This document shows positions 39,559-52,420 of a stretch of DNA of 64,000 nucleotides, piece by piece. A program made the position numbers and the translations under genes. Under the pieces are notes generated by a model. It was not told the DNA's origin and ran no database searches. It saw nothing but the letters and a program-made list of their open reading frames with translations. This DNA is from Leucoraja ocellata (lineage: Eukaryota), in NCBI GenBank assembly GCA_036785375.1, contig JAWMAR010000036.1, positions 620,001 to 684,000 on the forward strand, in the 5' to 3' direction. Each line of letters opens with the position of its first letter. Position 1 is the stretch's first letter.

Positions 39559-40247
39559 ATTACTTTCTCTTTTATCTTTGTTTCAGACCGAGCACCCTGT
39601 GGTATTTTGGTTTATTATACACAGCACTCAGAATTCCCCTATATAATCCATGAAAACCTGGATTGGTAAAAGAACTGAGATAGTAGCTAATCATTTGTGT
39701 TAATTATTTAACTTTTCACTTATTTTTATATTTGATGCATTGCTATTCCTAACACTCATTCTGTTTATGCCAGAAATTCATAATTAAGTTGATAATAAAA
39801 TAGCAGCCTGTTGAATACCACAATATTGTGTAATTGTTGTGATATTTGTGTTGGAAACAAAGGGCAAATTGCAATTTCCCAAGAATCTATGGTACTGCTT
39901 TTATAATATTCGAGGTTTATCTGAAAATTTCCTGATGAAACTTGAGAGTCAAGTGTTTATTTGTCTTAGAACATAGAACGTTTGACACAAGAACAGGCCC
40001 TTTGGCCCACAATGTCTGTGCTAAGCATAATGCCAAGACCATTTTTTGCCTACCTCTGCATGATCCATAGCCTCCATTACCTGCGTATTCATTTATGTAA
40101 CCAAAGGCCTCTTAAATGCCTTGGCAGCGTGTTCCAGGCTCTCACCTCCCTCTGCTTAAAACTTGCCTCACACATATCCTTTAATCTTTTCCCCTCTCAC
40201 CTTAAAGTTATGGCCTCTAGTATTCGATATTCCCCACTCTGGGAAAA

Positions 40248-41326
40248 AGTCATCAAGTCACATTTATTTATATAGCACATTTAAAAAACAACTCTCGTTG
40301 GCCAAAGTGCTTTACATATGTATAAGAATACTATAACAAACAAACTACATACATATAGCCCTTGCTCAGAAGACGTCGAGAAAGGCTTGGGAGTACAGAT
40401 GGGTTTTTAGTCTCGATGGAGTCGATGGAGGGGGCAGTTCTGATGGGAAGAGGGTTGCTGTTCCACAGTCTAGGAGCTGCAACCGCAAAGTCGCAGTCGC
40501 CCCTGGGCTTATGCCTAGACCGCGTGATATTCAGTAACCCCAAGTCGGCCGATCTGAGGGACCTGGTGGCGGTGGTGTGGTGGGTGAGCAGACTTTTAAT
40601 GTAGGTTGGGGCAAGCCCATTGAGGGCTTTGTAGACATGAAGGATGATCTTGAAATTTATTCGGAACCGCACAGGGAGCTAGTGGAGAGAGGCCAGGATC
40701 GGGGTGATGTGGTCCCTTTTTCGGGAGTCTTGCTGCGGCGTTTTGGACCAGTTGCAGGCGGGACAGGGAAGATTGGCTGATGCCAGTGTAAAGGGAGTTG
40801 CAGTAATCTAGGCGGGAGGGGATAAATGTGTGGATGATCTTTTCGAGGTCATCAAATTGGAGGAATAGTTTTATTTTAGCTATCGTCCGAAGCTGAAAGA
40901 AGCTAGCTTTGACCACGGCATTGACTTGTTTGTCAAATTTCAGTGCTGACTCAAATATCACGCCAAGGTTTTTGACGCGAGGTTTGAGTAGTGGGGTAAG
41001 GCTTCCAAGGTTGCCTGCTATCATTTTGAAGGATGACCTCAGACTTACTCTCATTTAGTTGGAGGAAGTTCTGGGCCATCCAACACTTTATATCCTCGGG
41101 GCAGCAGGTAAGGTTAGGCAGATTTGATTGGTTTTTGGGCTTCAGGGGGAGATAGAGTTGTGTATCGTTTGCGTAGCAATGGAAGGAAACGCCGTGCCTT
41201 TCAATGACTTGGCCTAAGGGGAGCATGTACAGGGAGAAGAGAATGGGGCCAAGGATAAAACCTTGTGGTACCCCACAGCAGAGACTAGCTGGGGAGGAGA
41301 AAGAATTGCCTATGTTAGTAGAGAAA
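40248..41326 (-). mobile_element. L2-clade LINE, 5'-truncated, nested in a minus-strand CR1 tail (39968-41445)
   Basis: GVPQGFILGPILFSLYMLPLG, FHCYANDTQLY, VKNLGVIF, SRLDYCNSL, LQLVQNAAAR and FAVAAPRLWN; L2-type tail gtaaagcactttgg...gtgctatataaataaa. Confidence 0.92.
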
Positions 41327-41449
41327 AGGTTCTGACTGTCTACCCTATCTATGTCTCTTAATTTTACATACCACTATCCAACCTCCTTGCAACCACTGGC
41401 TTTCCAGAAAAAACAATCCAAGTCTGTCCAACCTGTCCTTGTAGAAGAA

Positions 41450-42110
41450 TAACAAGCTACCGACGAAGACTGGTGCTTATTGATCTTGCTAATGTGTAAG
41501 ATTGTTGTTCAGGCATCACTCCCACATAATCCCTCTTGTAGTCTGACTCACTGTTGTCTGTAATTTGTCCAATGAAGGTGATAAATTTAAAATTGAGTTG
41601 AAGCTATGTCTGGCTACACATTTGTGGGTATGTAGAAAGAGTAGAACAGGGGACTGAGGACTCTGTGCTGAGGAGGATGAGGTTTTGTTGCTAATGAGGT
41701 CTGCTGATGAGGAAGTTCAGGAAACACATGAAACTGAGAGGCAGGAATTTTGTGCAAAGTGCTGATATTGTCTCAAAAAAAAATGCAGTCTGACCTGCTG
41801 AGCTCCTCCAGAATTTTATATTATTGTGAGGAATTTGTGGATCCAGTTGCATGAGGAGGAGCAGAGGCTCAGTTCCCTGAGTTTGACGATGAGATTGGCA
41901 GGAAAAATGTTGGCTATTGAACTGTGGTCAATGAACAACATGGCGTTTGTGTTCCTGCTGTCCAAGTAGTTCAGCACAGTGGAGAGCCAGCAAAAACTCA
42001 TCTGCTATCTAGTTGTTGTGGTGGGAGGTGAATTGAAGTGGGCTGAGGTCAATGCAGAAGCAGGAGTTGATTGCGTCATAACCAATCTCTCGAAGCGCTT
42101 CATCACAATA
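41450..42110 (-). mobile_element. Degenerate Rex1-group LINE fragment
   Basis: LNYLDSRNT..MLFIDHSS...P..LIVKLRELSL.SS.CNWI..FLT motif (ORF 41816-42001). Confidence 0.7.
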
Positions 42111-42510
42111 GACCTGTGCCATCAATCAGCAGTCGATAGAGCCGGGATTTTTCCATGTATAAATGTTTTTACAATTCTTTACACTCTTGAAGGAATTAAA
42201 TTTACAAAAGTAAAGCATGATATATTGACTGGTTTGCTGTATGTAATGCCATCTGGTGCTGTATCCATACTGCAGCTAAGGTAACTATAATCCAGGTTTT
42301 TCTTGTTTTCTCATGGAATACAGTAAATCAAACTCGTATCCACCTAAGTGTTGAAGTGACAAGATGATCACTATTCTATGGCTGGGAGGAGATCTAATGA
42401 ATTAAAACTTAATGCTTTTAAATGTAGTTTAAAAGCTGTGGTTCTTTTTTGAGTTTAACAATTTCAGTCAATTTAATCGCTATAAAAATGTTCTGTGCAT
42501 TTGAAGCCTT

Positions 42511-43340
42511 CAATACAATACAATACTATTTATTTGTCATTTGAACCTCACATGAGGTTCAAACAAAATTTGGTTTCTGCAGTCATACAAGAAAAGAACC
42601 AAGACACACACCAACATAATTTACACAAAAACATCCATCACAGTGAATCTCCTCCTCACTGTGATGGAAGGCAAAGTCTTGTCTCTCCCCTGCTCTCCAT
42701 TCTTCTCCCGATGTCAAAGTCAAAGCCCCCAGCGGGCGCTAGCAAGTCCGCGGCCATTTAAAGCCGCGCCGGGCGATGTAAGGCCCTGCTCCGGGTCTTG
42801 ATGTTGGAGCCCCCAGCAGGCGCTAGCAAGTCCCGCGGCTGTTTAAGCCGCGCCGGGCGATGTAAGGCCCTGCTCCAGGCCACTTTCAACCCTGCAATTC
42901 GGGCGGGAGAAGTCGCCGTTGCCGGTGCCCCGCAAAACAGTCTCCCACCGGGGACCCGCGAGCTTCCGGTGTCACCATCCACCGGAGTCGGGTCGCAGCC
43001 GCGCGCCACCGCAGCTCTCCACACTCTGAACTCTCCACGCTCCGAAGCTGGCCAACTCCACGATGGTAGGTCCGCAGCTCCACAGGCTCCGCAACTGGAG
43101 CCCCCAGGTCGTTCCGGTTGGAGGCCGCTCCACGGTGCTAGGCCCCAACGACAACGGAGACCCGACGGGGAAAAGGTCGGGTCCCCGTGCAGGGAAGAGA
43201 TTTAAAAGTCCCCCCCCCCCCCCCCGCCCCCCACACATACACATTTAAAAGCCCACTACAAACAAAACCCTCAACGGGACAAAAAAAAAAGACAGACAGA
43301 CTGCAGAGGCCGCTGCGACGTCGGTCGCGCCGCCCACCCT
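42511..43340 (-). mobile_element. GC-rich non-autonomous retroposon with Rex1/Babar-like tail and an internal ~70-bp duplication
   Basis: Minus-strand tail TTTGAACCTCA-tg-TGAGGTTCAAA-tgacaaataaa-(gtatt)n; internal direct repeat at ~42725-42793 and ~42808-42877. Confidence 0.65.
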
Positions 43341-44098
43341 TATTCCATTATTACATTGTAATTTGCTAAAACACCAATAAAATAATTTGACAAGTTTATG
43401 GATTGTGGTGGCAATTACTGCTTTGGGAATGGGGTTCTAAATGTCTTTTTACAAGAAAACTTATTTCCTAAGATGCTGCCTCACCCGTTGAGTTTCTCCA
43501 GCATTTTTTGTCTACCTTTTTATGGCATGTCAGCTGTGGCTTAAAATCACTTTTTCTAAAACCATGGATGGTCAAAATGTCTGCTCAGAAATATTTCTTC
43601 ATTTAATTTTTCTTTTAAATTTTGACTGCAAGTTAAGAGTGATGCTGACAGATACATGTTACCCATCTCTAATGGGACCCGTATTTTGACAATTGAATGG
43701 CTTCTTGGATCATTTGGAGTGATCGAGTTTCATCTGCAATTATGTATGGGTTAGGAGTATACAAATGATATAAGACTTTTAATTATGCTTATGATGTTTT
43801 TATACATTATTCTGGTGCCATCTCAAATGTATCAGATTCATTGAATTGTACAACTAAACAACGATTTGTTGTAAAAGAGAATGTAAGCTCTGTACCTTTA
43901 ACTAGTTTTTGGGTATCAGGGAACAATTAAGCATCCAATTTATCCACTGTATTTTAAATTACTTCTAAAATGAATTATGAATGATTCATGCTGAATGTAA
44001 AGAGTTGATACACAACATGAGTAATGTAGCCATTGACAAAATTGTTAACTCCCAAATAACCTTGTACCATCAGGAATTCCAAACATTCCAATCATTTA

Positions 44099-44254
44099 AT
44101 TCATTGTTCTTTATTTCTCCACATCACCGTTGATAACTCTTGTTTCCCTTATCACTAACCAGTCCAAAGAAGGGTCTCGACCCGAAATATCACCCATTCC
44201 TTCTTTCCAGAGATGCTGTTGTCCCGCTGAGTTACTCCAGCTTTTTGTGTCTAT
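44099..44254 (+). mobile_element. Short Penelope pLTR insertion
   Basis: Perfect 15-bp TSD CATTCCAATCATTTA (44084-44098, 44255-44269); degenerate hammerhead core at ~44162-44192. Confidence 0.8.
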
Positions 44255-45604
44255 CATTCCAATCATTTACTTTGTTTAAACAAAACCATGCAGTGACTGG
44301 AGGAGTGAAAGTAAGCTTCACATAGTTAACTTATCTGTAAAGTACACAGATGCATTATGAAATGTAACTTTGGGTTCCAAAGTATCCATGCCAATAAAGC
44401 AGTGCATCAGAAATTCACGTCAACTGGGGAAGAATTTATGCACATGATCTTAATAATCGTGGTGAACAAATTTTCATGCTCAGCATTACTTTAATTGAAT
44501 TTTAAATTCCTAGTGAGTTTTGAGTCTGACCTGGCAGGCTGTCACAATTGGGTTTTGTTTGAATACCACTTTCTAGTGAAAATTTGCAGTCTTAACTGTA
44601 GTGAAGGTTGGATTGCCAGAGGATCACACAGCGACATCAAAAGAAGGCTGCAATAAGGAAGAAGTATATAAAGGGAGCTGTTGAAGAAAGTGAAGTGTGG
44701 CAATCAGAGACAGTGGACATTGATGTCTCATTGGGGCCATAGTACAGGCACTATTACACTTGCCTTCAGTGGCTTTGTCAATCCGATTTAGTTGCTTAAA
44801 AGATAGTACAAAATTCCATTGGTGTACTTCTATCATTGTGCACTGATTTATATTTACACATACATTTCCCTTTGGAGTCCAATGAAAATGTCATCCATAG
44901 GTATTAAACTAGAAGTTAGACAGGAGATTTATGGGAAATAACCACTTTATTTATAAGTAGTTTTCAGCTCCATTAATATGGAGAGCAGCTTGATAGATGG
45001 TGTCGAACAACGTAAGTGTTGTTGAAGTTGTACTGGAAGAAGCATATTGATAACCAACTGTTCTGACTTGTGCTGTGGAAATGTTGGAAAGACTTTGGGG
45101 ATGTCATTGCTGCAGAATTACCAACCTCTGACCTGTTCTTCTTGTTACTGTACTTCTGTGCTTGGTCCAGTTGAGTTTGTGATCAGTGATAATTTTCCCA
45201 CCCAAGAATATTAATAGCGGTGCAGGAATTATCACTGGTCATTTTCATTGAATGTTAGACATTCTTTCTTGTTAAAAACATTCATTACCTTACCACTACA
45301 GTTGTGTGGCAGGAATACATTTCCCAGTAATTGAATGTTGCCTGGATCTTGCTTCCAGCATTTTTGGGTGGTTACATTTGTTGAGAAGTTAAGAATAGAA
45401 TTTGGCATTTTATAATCAACAAGCGTCCTCGCTTTTGACCTTTTTATAATACAGAAAAAGTAACTGATGTCATAATTGAAGCTGGTTTACCCAAGGACAC
45501 TGCATTGAGGAACTCCAGCAGTAACGTCCTCCGCCTGGAACCAGGCACATTTTCTGGGCACATGTCTGTTTTAACTGTGTTGGAACAACTTGATTTGAGT
45601 GAAC

Positions 45605-45833
45605 TTGAGTGGTGAATCTCTGGAACTCTCTGCCACAGAGGGTAGTTGAGGCCAGTTCATTGGCTATATTTAAGAGGGAGTTAGATGTGGCCCTTGTGGC
45701 TAAGGGGATCAGGGGGTATGGAGAGAAGGCAGGTACGGGATACTGAGTTGGATGATCAGCCATGATCATATTGAATGGCGGTGCAGGCTCGAAGGGCCGA
45801 ATGGCCTACTCCTGCACCTAATTTCTATGTTTC
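45605..45833 (+). mobile_element. CR1 3' tail
   Basis: gtggtgaatctctggaactctctgccacagag...gaatggcctactcctgcacct, same family as the 12300-12505 tail. Confidence 0.85.
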
Positions 45834-46485
45834 TGAAATGTTTTGATCTGGAGCACGTCAACTTTACTTTAGCCAGAATGTTCTCTAGCCCCACACCATT
45901 AGTGCATCGTATGGTCTCAGCTACTAGATTTTTATGTGGAGTGATTGAAATGATCGGCAATGATTGAACCCTGGAAGAAGTTGAGATGAATTTGGCACTT
46001 TTGCCTGCACGTGAGTGTGAATGCTTTAGCCTGGAATTCAGTATTCAGGTACTGGTCCAATTGTTGCTAAGGATACAATGTTCCAATTTCTATCTGATGT
46101 TTAATTGTCTACCACCACTCATGATTCAATATGACAGGACTGCAGAGCTTTGGTGTAATCTGTTCGCATATGTGGCAAACATCTCAAAGCACCTGAAAGA
46201 AACCAAAAAAAGCCGTTTCCACAAATTTCTCCAAATTCACTGAAAAAAAATATTTAAGTGTCCTCCCAGGCCACCCATTCCCAGTATTAAGGCACTAGTT
46301 ACATTTGGTCAGCTGCATTGATACGTTGCATTGTTTCTGTGTCTGATACCAGTTGTTTGAAACAAATACACTGCTCTGAGTTTTGTTTTGGGAAGAGATT
46401 TATCAGGAACAAAGGAAAATATTCAGGATGTCCTTAACACCTCATTGGGAATGTCATGCCTGACTGACTAAGGAATCTCTTAACC

Positions 46486-46948
46486 CAGCTGTCGGCGACC
46501 TTCTTCTGCATAGGGGCTGGGACGCATATCTGTGAGCGGATGGTGGGCCACATCTAATGGATCCTGCCCCCATCCTACCCCGGATGGCAGGCATCAAATC
46601 ATGTGTTCACGGAAGGTAGACAAAAATGCTGGAGAAACTCAGCGGGTGAGGCAGCCTCATGCATTCCTTGCCTGTCTCACTCGCTGAGTTTCTCCAGCAT
46701 TTTTGTCTACCTTCGATTTTTCCAGCATCTGCAGTTCTTTCTTGAACGTGTTCACAGAAGGTGCACGGCCGTGCCGGCGGCTTTGCGCAGGATTCGGTAC
46801 AGCTAGAGCTCGGGGCGGGTGCTCGGCCGTGCACGGGGTGGGCGCTCTGCGGGCCGGATGATTACGGGGAAAAAAATCCTCCCACTGGTCGGATGATTAT
46901 GGGTTACGGGCCGCATTCAGCCTGGGGGCCGTAGGTTGCCGACCCCTG
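46486..46948. mobile_element. hAT (Charlie-like) MITE containing a nested Penelope fold-back (~46612-46747)
   Basis: TIRs CAGCTGTCGGCGACCT and CAGGGGTCGGCAACCT; perfect 8-bp TSD TCTTAACC (46478-46485, 46949-46956). Confidence 0.85.
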
Positions 46949-47029
46949 TCTTAACCCATGAAAAAGAGAACTAGTTTAGTTTCAAACCTTTGATCCAGGA
47001 ATTGACCTGGTGAATCATGTTTTAAGTGC

Positions 47030-48010
47030 CTATAATGCCAGTATATGATTCCTTAGATTAGATGTGCAATCCTCCAGTTATGACATTGTTAGTACCCTGT
47101 AAGATTGTATCACCACTCTCCCATTTCTGAAGTCCAACCCACTGCCAATAAAGGCCAACATGCTGCTTGCATTTTTGACCTGCACCTGCTTGCTGACTTT
47201 TTGTAAATCATGCACAAGAATACTCTGCTCATCTGCTAATTTTATCCATTTAGATAAGTCTGTCCTTAATTTCCTTTCAGAAGTACGTGACCTTACATTT
47301 CCACCCATATTGCTCCATTTGTCAATTTTTATTCTATTCGCTCAATCTATTTATACTGTTGCAACAAACTTGGGTACTTTACAAACATAAGAAACTACAG
47401 ATGCTGATTCAGAAAAAAAATATACAAAATGCTGAAGTAATTCAGTGGGTCAGGCAGCATCTCTGGAGAACATGAATCATTGATATTTTGGTTACAGCCC
47501 CCTGCGATTCTGTTGCTCCAGCTTATTGACCATTTTCTGACATGGACTACCCACCTATCACTTACTAAGCTTTGTACCACCCCCACCTCTCTTCAAACTT
47601 GTTACCTGACTTATTGAGTTACTTCAAAACATTTTTTGGCTACTTTACACACTGTCACCCCCCCCCCCCCCCCCCCCCAAGGCTTCTGATCACTAATATG
47701 AAGAATAACTAGTTGAGGGCCAAGGACCGATCCATGGAGCACCTTACTAATTACACCCAACGTGCAAAAGATTGATAATTCTGATACTCCGCCTTTCGTG
47801 TGATAACCAATCTTAAATGCATGCCAACACCTTTCCCCAATCCCATGAGCTTGACTTTTTGCACCAGCCTTTCGTGTGGTCAAATCCATATACTGTATTT
47901 TCATGTTCCTCTTGTTACATCCTTGCGAACTTGCTCATCCTTGAACAAATTCTATCATACATTATCCATCTTTCGTGAAACCACATTCGACTTAGTTTGA
48001 TTACATTAAG
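47030..48010 (-). mobile_element. Degenerate CR1 LINE with nested pLTR fragment
   Basis: VLHGSVLGPQL and ASSMLAFIGSGLDFRN motifs in ORFs 47611-47904 and 47078-47308. Confidence 0.7.
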
Positions 48011-48810
48011 CTTAACTAAACAACGTTATTACTGGAACAGATTTACAGCTACTTCCAAGATGAATGAGTTCGGAGTTAAAATTACAATTGATCTTTTTAT
48101 ATTCAAGCCTAATCCAAAGCTCACATTTCAAAAAAAAAGATAATTCTATTTTTAAACAGGCAAATTAGCTTCTCAGTTGAAAATAAAGGTGCTTGCTGCC
48201 ACATAGTTTAATTTAACTTGGATTTCTTGTTGTGGGCCTGGAGTCTGACCCAGAAATCATAATTTGATATAAATTAGTGCAGTTTAAAGCAAGGACAGCT
48301 TATTTTGCTTATTGTGTTGCCACTAACATTGGAGATTTTCAGAAAGATACCTGTAACTGGAAAGGTGCTAATATTTATTGTGGCTGTTGAAGTTATTATA
48401 ATGATGTTGAAACTCCTAAGATTTATTTGATAGTAATATAATTAAAGGCCCAGAGATGGTTCTAATGCGCATCTTGATATTGTTGTTCTCCATTATTTAC
48501 TTCTGTAGATTTTGTTTTACAGGTGAGCATTATGAAATAGAACATTTTAGGAAAATGTACAATGGCTGTTTTTCAAGATTCCTAACTGAATTTAAATCTT
48601 CATAAATCATAACTAAATCCTTACCTGGTATTTATTTTACCCGGCATTTGCCTCTCAGCTCTAGTATTAATGATATTCAGGGCCAATGTTAATATTTATG
48701 CTATTTATATTTACTTTTGGATCACCTTGATTGTCATCAATGTGAGCAGATATGATGCTGTGGGGTGGAATTTTTTTTAAATCCTGGACTATCAAGATTA
48801 ATAAGGTATT

Positions 48811-50317
48811 AATCAGATTCAGATTCAATTTTAATTGTCATTGTCAGTGTACAGTACAGAGACAACGAAATGCATTTAGCATCTCCCTTGAAGAGCGACA
48901 TAGCAAACGATTTGAATAAAAAAATAATAAGTGTCCGGGGGGGGGGGGGGGGGGGGGGGGGGGGTGGTTGGCAGTCACTGAGGTACGTTGTTGAGTAGAG
49001 TGACAGCCGCCGGAAAGAAGCTGTTCCTCGACCTGCTGGTTCGGCAACGGAGAGACCTGTAGCGCCTCCCGGATGGTAGGAGGGTAAACAGTCCATGGTT
49101 GGGGTGAGTGCAGTCCTTGGCGATGCTGAGCGCCCTCCGCAGACAGCGCTTGCTTTGGACAGACTCAATGGAGGAGAGCGTGGAACCGGTGATGCGTTGG
49201 GCAATTTTCACCACCCTCTGCAATGCCTTCCGGTCGGAGACAGAGCAGTTGCCATACCATACTGTGATGCAGTTAGTAAGGATGCTCTCGATGGTGCAGC
49301 GGTAGAAGTTCACCAGGATCTGAGGAGACAGATGGACCTTCTTCAGTCTCCTCAGGAAGAAGAGACACTGATGAGCCTTCTTGATCAGAGTAGAGGTATT
49401 GTGGGTCCAAGAGAGGTCATCGGAGATGTTGACTCCCAGGAACCTGAAGCTAGAAACACGTTCCACCTCCGTCCCGTTAATGTGGATGGGGGTGTGCGTG
49501 CCGCCTCTGGACTTCCTGAAGTCTACAATGAGCTCCTTGGTCTTCTTGGAGTTAAGGGCCAGGTTGTTGTCAGCGCACCATGCTGCTAAGTGCTGGACCT
49601 CCTCCCTGTAGGCCAGCTCATCGTTGTTGCTGATGAGGCCAATCACCGTTGTATCATCTGCATACTTGATGATGGTGTTAGTACCATGTACAGGTGTGCA
49701 GTCATAGGTGAAGAGGGGAGTAGAGGAGGGGGCTCAGCACACAGCCCTGAGGAACGCCAGTGTTCAGGGTGAGGGTTGAAGAGGTGTGCTTGTCTAACCT
49801 CACAGACTGGGGTCTGTTGGTTAGAAAGTCCAGTATCCAGTTGCAGAGGGAGGGGTCGATGCCCAGGTTACCGAGTTTGGTGATCAGTTTTGATGGAATA
49901 ATGGTGTTGAATGCTGAGCTGTAATCGATGAACAGCATTCTTACATAAGTGTCTCTGTTGTCAAGGTGGGAGAGGGCGGAGTGAAGTGCCGTTGAGATGG
50001 CATCCTCCGTACTCCTGTTCTTGCGGTAGGCAAACTGATAGGGATCCAGTGTGGGGGGTGGGCAGCTTTTGAGGTGTGCCAGGACCAGCCTCTCGAAGCA
50101 CTTAGTGATGATGGGGGTAAGTGCAACTGGGCGGAAGTCGTTGAGGCTTGCCGCAGTGGAGTGTTTTGGCACTGGCACGATGGAGGTGGCTTTAAGGCAA
50201 GTGGGGACAACTGCTTGGGCAAGTGACAGGTTGAAGATGTCAGTCCAGACGTCTGTCAGCGGCGCAGCACAGGCTCTGAGCACGCGCCCGGGGATGCCGT
50301 CAGGGCCAGCAGCCTTA
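48811..50317 (-). mobile_element. Young 5'-truncated Rex1/Babar LINE (RT domain nearly intact, one frameshift)
   Basis: ORFs 49702-50283 ([61 protein letters not shown]) and 48975-49646 (after KYADDT; KTKELIVDFR, TIESILT.CITVWYG); (GAATCT)n tail. Confidence 0.95.
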
Positions 50318-52349
50318 CTTGACTAATATTTTATCAGTTAACTCCTACATCAGTTCAAATGGCCAAAATAAAATCATGGGAAAGAAAGATGTAATTGAGA
50401 GTTATGGTGGAAGTAAAGGTTAACAAAAATTCTGTTTTTATTATCAGTGGTGTTAGTTTTATACTTATTTCTTCTGCAAGATCCGCTTAATTTTATTTTT
50501 CAGTGCAGAAATAGTTATAACAATTACAAAAATGGACTTGTAAATTACATTTGCATTTTACATATTTATTCGTCGACCAGATTAAGAATCACCTTTCTAA
50601 AGTAAAATCTATGAATTATTAAATTAAATATGAAGTTTTATTACCTTGTCTTCATTCCTTTATTATTTTGCCTTGTCGAAGTGTGAAGAAACAGGAGAAG
50701 CTTAATCAAATGATTTGTGGACTCCTCAAATTCAAATATTACGTCAGTCACCTCTACGATGGGTATTGCAAGATAAATTTAAAAAAATGAACAACCTATT
50801 CAGATGTTGGAATATGGTTTCAAGTCTCTTGTTCTCCCTGAGAGGCTTTTTGCCAAATGCTCGTATGTGGTTCCTCTCAATCAGTAGCTTTTCAAAATAC
50901 TCTGTATTGCTTTTCTTCACGAACAACTTCCTATCTAGGTCCTGTGGTTGATCTAATCAACTGTTTCTCAGCTGAGCACATACTTGATGCGTATTATTTG
51001 TATTTTAGTTCCCCTTTTCCCAGATAAATTCTCTTGACTCTTTTATTCCCCCACTTCCTTTCCTTTTCAATGTTGATAGATTTGGGTATTCATTTACAAA
51101 AATTACAAGACTGGAGCCCATTATTATCTGTGACCAATTATATATTTCTTTAAACTAAATGGCAGCCTTGTGCGAAGGTGTATAAAGAAAAGCTCCATGT
51201 TAGTATTTGTGGCTGCAAATTGAGGGAGAAGAAAATGCAAATATGCTTTTGGCTTTGTTAATAAATTTGACTCCTTTTGATAACCATCACTAAAGTCTTT
51301 TAACGCTTGTCTGAAATTTGAATAGTGCTGATGTTCCAAGAGTTTTTATTTTCACACATGACGTCAACTTGAACTTGAACTTGCAAAGGTTCATCTATGT
51401 ACTTCATGGCAGTGCGTATGCTATAGTTCTAGATGTGCCTGACCTGATTCTAGAGAGAAGCAATTTGAGATTCCATTGAGTCGGCATTTTATGGTACTTG
51501 AATGTCATGTTGCTTGCAGTATATGCATCAATCTGTACATTTAGAATTTGAACACATTTATCTACAGTAGGAATACTGGTGACCAGAAATGTTCAAAGCA
51601 TGACTCCAGGAAGGAAGATTTGAGTATGTGTGTGTAAATGTATTTGAATTTATTTCCTACGCAGATATATCTGATGACAGAAACTGATATAGGATTTGCT
51701 ATTTTGAACCAGTAGCTGTTTGCAGATCAGCAAATTAGCAACATTGTTCCCTGTCTTACTGCTTTCACTTTTCATAACTAATTAATAACTCTTTTCCAAA
51801 TTTAAAAGATGTAAAATATAGCAGGAGCGGCTGAACAAAACGGCTTAATTCAAGGAATATTTCCATATTTTCTTGCAACATAGCAGGCGGCTATTTTGGC
51901 CGTGGAGTTTATACATGCTCACAAAACAATTTTCCCTGTGACATTTAATTTTCCCTGTGACATTCTTCCACACAATCCCATCAATTTGCATGGCAAAATG
52001 TGTAGTAGTCAATTTCCAATCTATACCCCTTTTGAGATGTGGAAAGAAAATTTGTAGCACATAAAATAAACCTATGTGAATGTATGTGCATATTCAATAC
52101 AGGCAGCGCCAGATATCAGGATATAACCTATTGCATTGGTACTGTGAGGGAGCAACTCAACTTGCTACAATACTGTGCCTAAGCTGATAGTGTCCAGTCT
52201 TTCAGTTCTGTACAGATCGTATTTTGGCATGGATGCCCAATTTAAGAGTACAGGTGCACAACCTTTTATCCGACAGCCTTGGGACCAGACACTTTTCGTA
52301 ATTTGGAATTTGTCGGTCTTCGGAATGGAAATTTTTTAGCGTAGATTTT

Positions 52350-52420
52350 AATGGCTGGCTCAGTGGTAGAGTGCCTGGCTCATATCCGCAAGGTCGCGAG
52401 TTTGCGCCTTGATCCCGGCA
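52350..52420 (+). pseudogene. tRNA-like sequence (CAT in the anticodon-loop position) inside the DNA transposon
   Basis: TGGCTCAGTGGTAGAG (A box / D arm), cctgg-CTCATAT-ccgca, AGGTC-GCGAG-TTTGCGC-CTTG (degenerate T arm / B box); acceptor stem not intact. Confidence 0.55.

Noticed and set aside
48936-48964. Long poly-G tract (also near 24103, 34833, 47657) as G-quadruplex regulators
   Set aside because: These homopolymers lie within transposon sequences, their lengths are error-prone, and nothing indicates function.
52350-52420. Functional tRNA-Met gene
   Set aside because: Anticodon and acceptor stems do not pair properly and the T loop lacks TTCG; treated as tRNA-derived only.
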